Of a DNA stretch of 64,000 nucleotides, positions 62,495 through 64,000 are shown in pieces. The stretch is from contig MU054391.1 of assembly GCA_013239625.1 (NCBI GenBank), positions 4,919,824 through 4,983,823 of the forward strand, given 5' to 3'. The stretch's first letter is position 1, and each line of letters starts with the position of its first letter. A program made the position numbers and the translations under genes. The notes under the pieces were generated by a model. That model was not told the origin of the DNA. It saw only the letters and a list, made by a program, of their open reading frames with translations, and searched no databases. The stretch is from Lama guanicoe (lineage: Eukaryota).

Positions 62495-62811
62495 CAGTCA
62501 GACCCCCGGTACCCAGTGGTTCTGCACCTGCAGATTCAACCAATCACAGAGTGAAAATCTTTGGGAAAAGAATTCCAGAACGTTCCAAAAAGCAACACTT
62601 GAATTTGCCACACACTGGCAACTATTAACACAGCACTTACACTGTATTAAGTATTATAAGTAATCTAGAGAGGATTTAACCTATACGAGAGGATGTGTGT
62701 AGCTTACATACAAATACTATGCCATTTTAAGTAAGGAACTTGAGAATCCGAAGATTCTGGTACCCACAGGGGTCCTGGAACGAACCCCCTGCAGATCCTG
62801 AAGGATGACTG
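62495..62811. mobile_element. Tigger3-like element
   Basis: TA-CAGTC...GATTCAACCAA...AGTATTATAAGTAATCTAGAG...GGGGTCCTGGAAC...GGATGACTG. Confidence 0.75.
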
Positions 62812-62916
62812 GAACAATCATCATATATATATATATTATATGCTAAATTGACTATTATGTTATTACTACTTTAGTCTAAAATTTAACTTAAGAACAAAAC
62901 AAAATGCAACTGGAAT

Positions 62917-63338
62917 GTATCAAAGAAAAGCAGAGCTGGACAGTAGCTAAAGCAGTAAAAGTGGATTTTAATCTGGATCTGTTGCAACGGGGGAAAACAG
63001 ACCTCAGGACAGAACTGGGCTCAATTCCAAAAGCAGCACGAGCACATGGTCATTTACAGCCAAGGCGGGCGTCAGGGGATGGGAAGTTGCTAGGAGGAAA
63101 CAGCAGGGGTTGGGGGGATTCTGGCTGGAGGCAGGCCAGGAGGTAAGACGTCGCTGGGGGCTGGGGGAGGGGGAGCGAGGGGTCTGATCAGACATTGAGG
63201 GTGAGGTTCCTTCTAAACTGACTTAACAGGATTCTTCCCACAACTGGGCAATACAGGCCCCACCAGGACAGACACCAAGTGCGAGGCCTAGGGGCTCAGA
63301 GGAGCCCGGCTGAGTGAGGTTGAGGAGAGTCTTTGTCA
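62917..63338 (-). mobile_element. ERV1 solo LTR (MER31-like) in KIDINS220 intron
   Basis: Minus strand starts TGACAAAGACTCTC...GGCTCCTCTGAGCCC, recognised as an MER31-type LTR start. Confidence 0.6.
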
Positions 63339-63580
63339 ATGACAGCACAGAGGACTGGCAGGTGGCCTCGTTCCCAAATTTCCAAGTGAAATGCCCAAAA
63401 GGCAAATGTTGATAAGTACTGCTGTGTTCATTCTGCGTAACAGAATACACGAGAGTTGTACACATACATGTAAAATGTAAGTTTTTTTTAAATATGGGAA
63501 AATACCTGTTTAGACCAGTACTTACTGGCACTTGTTTAATATCATGTTGTAAATAATTCTACAAATATGAAATATCTTAC

Positions 63581-63679
63581 TGTGCTTCTAAAAAGATGCC
63601 AGTCTCCAAAATTCATATTCATTTCCTTCTTCAATTCATCAATGTTACACTGAGCCAACACACGGCCATTGATGTTCGC
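63581..63679 (-). CDS. KIDINS220: KIDINS220 coding exon (33 aa, [36 protein letters not shown]-domain part)
   Basis: Not in the ORF track; translated by hand. Acceptor tttttcttcag|GCG, donor ACA|gtaaga, 99 nt, phase 0/0. SAM-like INGxxL...ELK..MNMNFGD pattern. Confidence 0.95.
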
Positions 63680-64000
63680 CTGAAGAAAAACAAATCCAGG
63701 TACAAAGACAAACAAAATGTGAGAAACTCTGAATTATTAGTGGTTAAAATGTGTATTTATATGTAGTATTAAGAAAGTCACTAGAGACTAGAAAATACTG
63801 ACCTAAAGAAGGTTATCACCCCACGTACTAATGAATAAACAAGCAGAATCTGAAAACAGAAGCCACTCTGTACTTCTCCAAGTGTCATGGGCCCTTGAGG
63901 AAAATAAATCATTCTTCAGGGACCAGCCCAAGAGTTAATGCTCCCAACTATTTCCAAAACTACCTACTCTGCCATGAGCAGTAACAAACTCGTTAGCTCT

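Noticed and set aside
1..64000. CRISPR array or prokaryotic-type system
   Set aside because: Mammalian locus; the tandem repeats have no spacer structure and no such genes are present.

Overview
Mammalian genomic DNA, most likely a camelid (three tRNA-Ala-derived SINEs of Vic-1 type and camelid-type L1 3' ends), containing the syntenic ID2-KIDINS220 locus. ID2 is complete on + (3 exons, 134 aa; CDS 31229-31576 + 31893-31949). It sits among several CpG islands, with an upstream BMP/RFX enhancer module and an intron in its 3' UTR. The last three coding exons of KIDINS220 lie convergently on - (63581-63679, 61873-62106, 58120-59379, ending in the ESIL PDZ ligand). The rest is intergenic or intronic DNA with old interspersed repeats (L1, L2, MIR, MLT1, MER20, Tigger, ERV LTRs), and almost all ORFs in the supplied track are spurious. 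I cannot support a wholly new biological system here. The best leads are: (i) a 57-nt alternative terminal coding exon of KIDINS220 (EENAALEIDRSSKDPV*) plus an internal donor, which would swap the class I PDZ ligand for a class III-like one; (ii) Smad composite sites upstream, within and downstream of ID2, including a 13-bp inverted pair in intron 2; (iii) a poly(A) signal overlapping the ID2 stop codon; (iv) a tandem MARE/ARE site and a POU-site cluster upstream of ID2. Repeat family names are recognised by eye and their boundaries are approximate.
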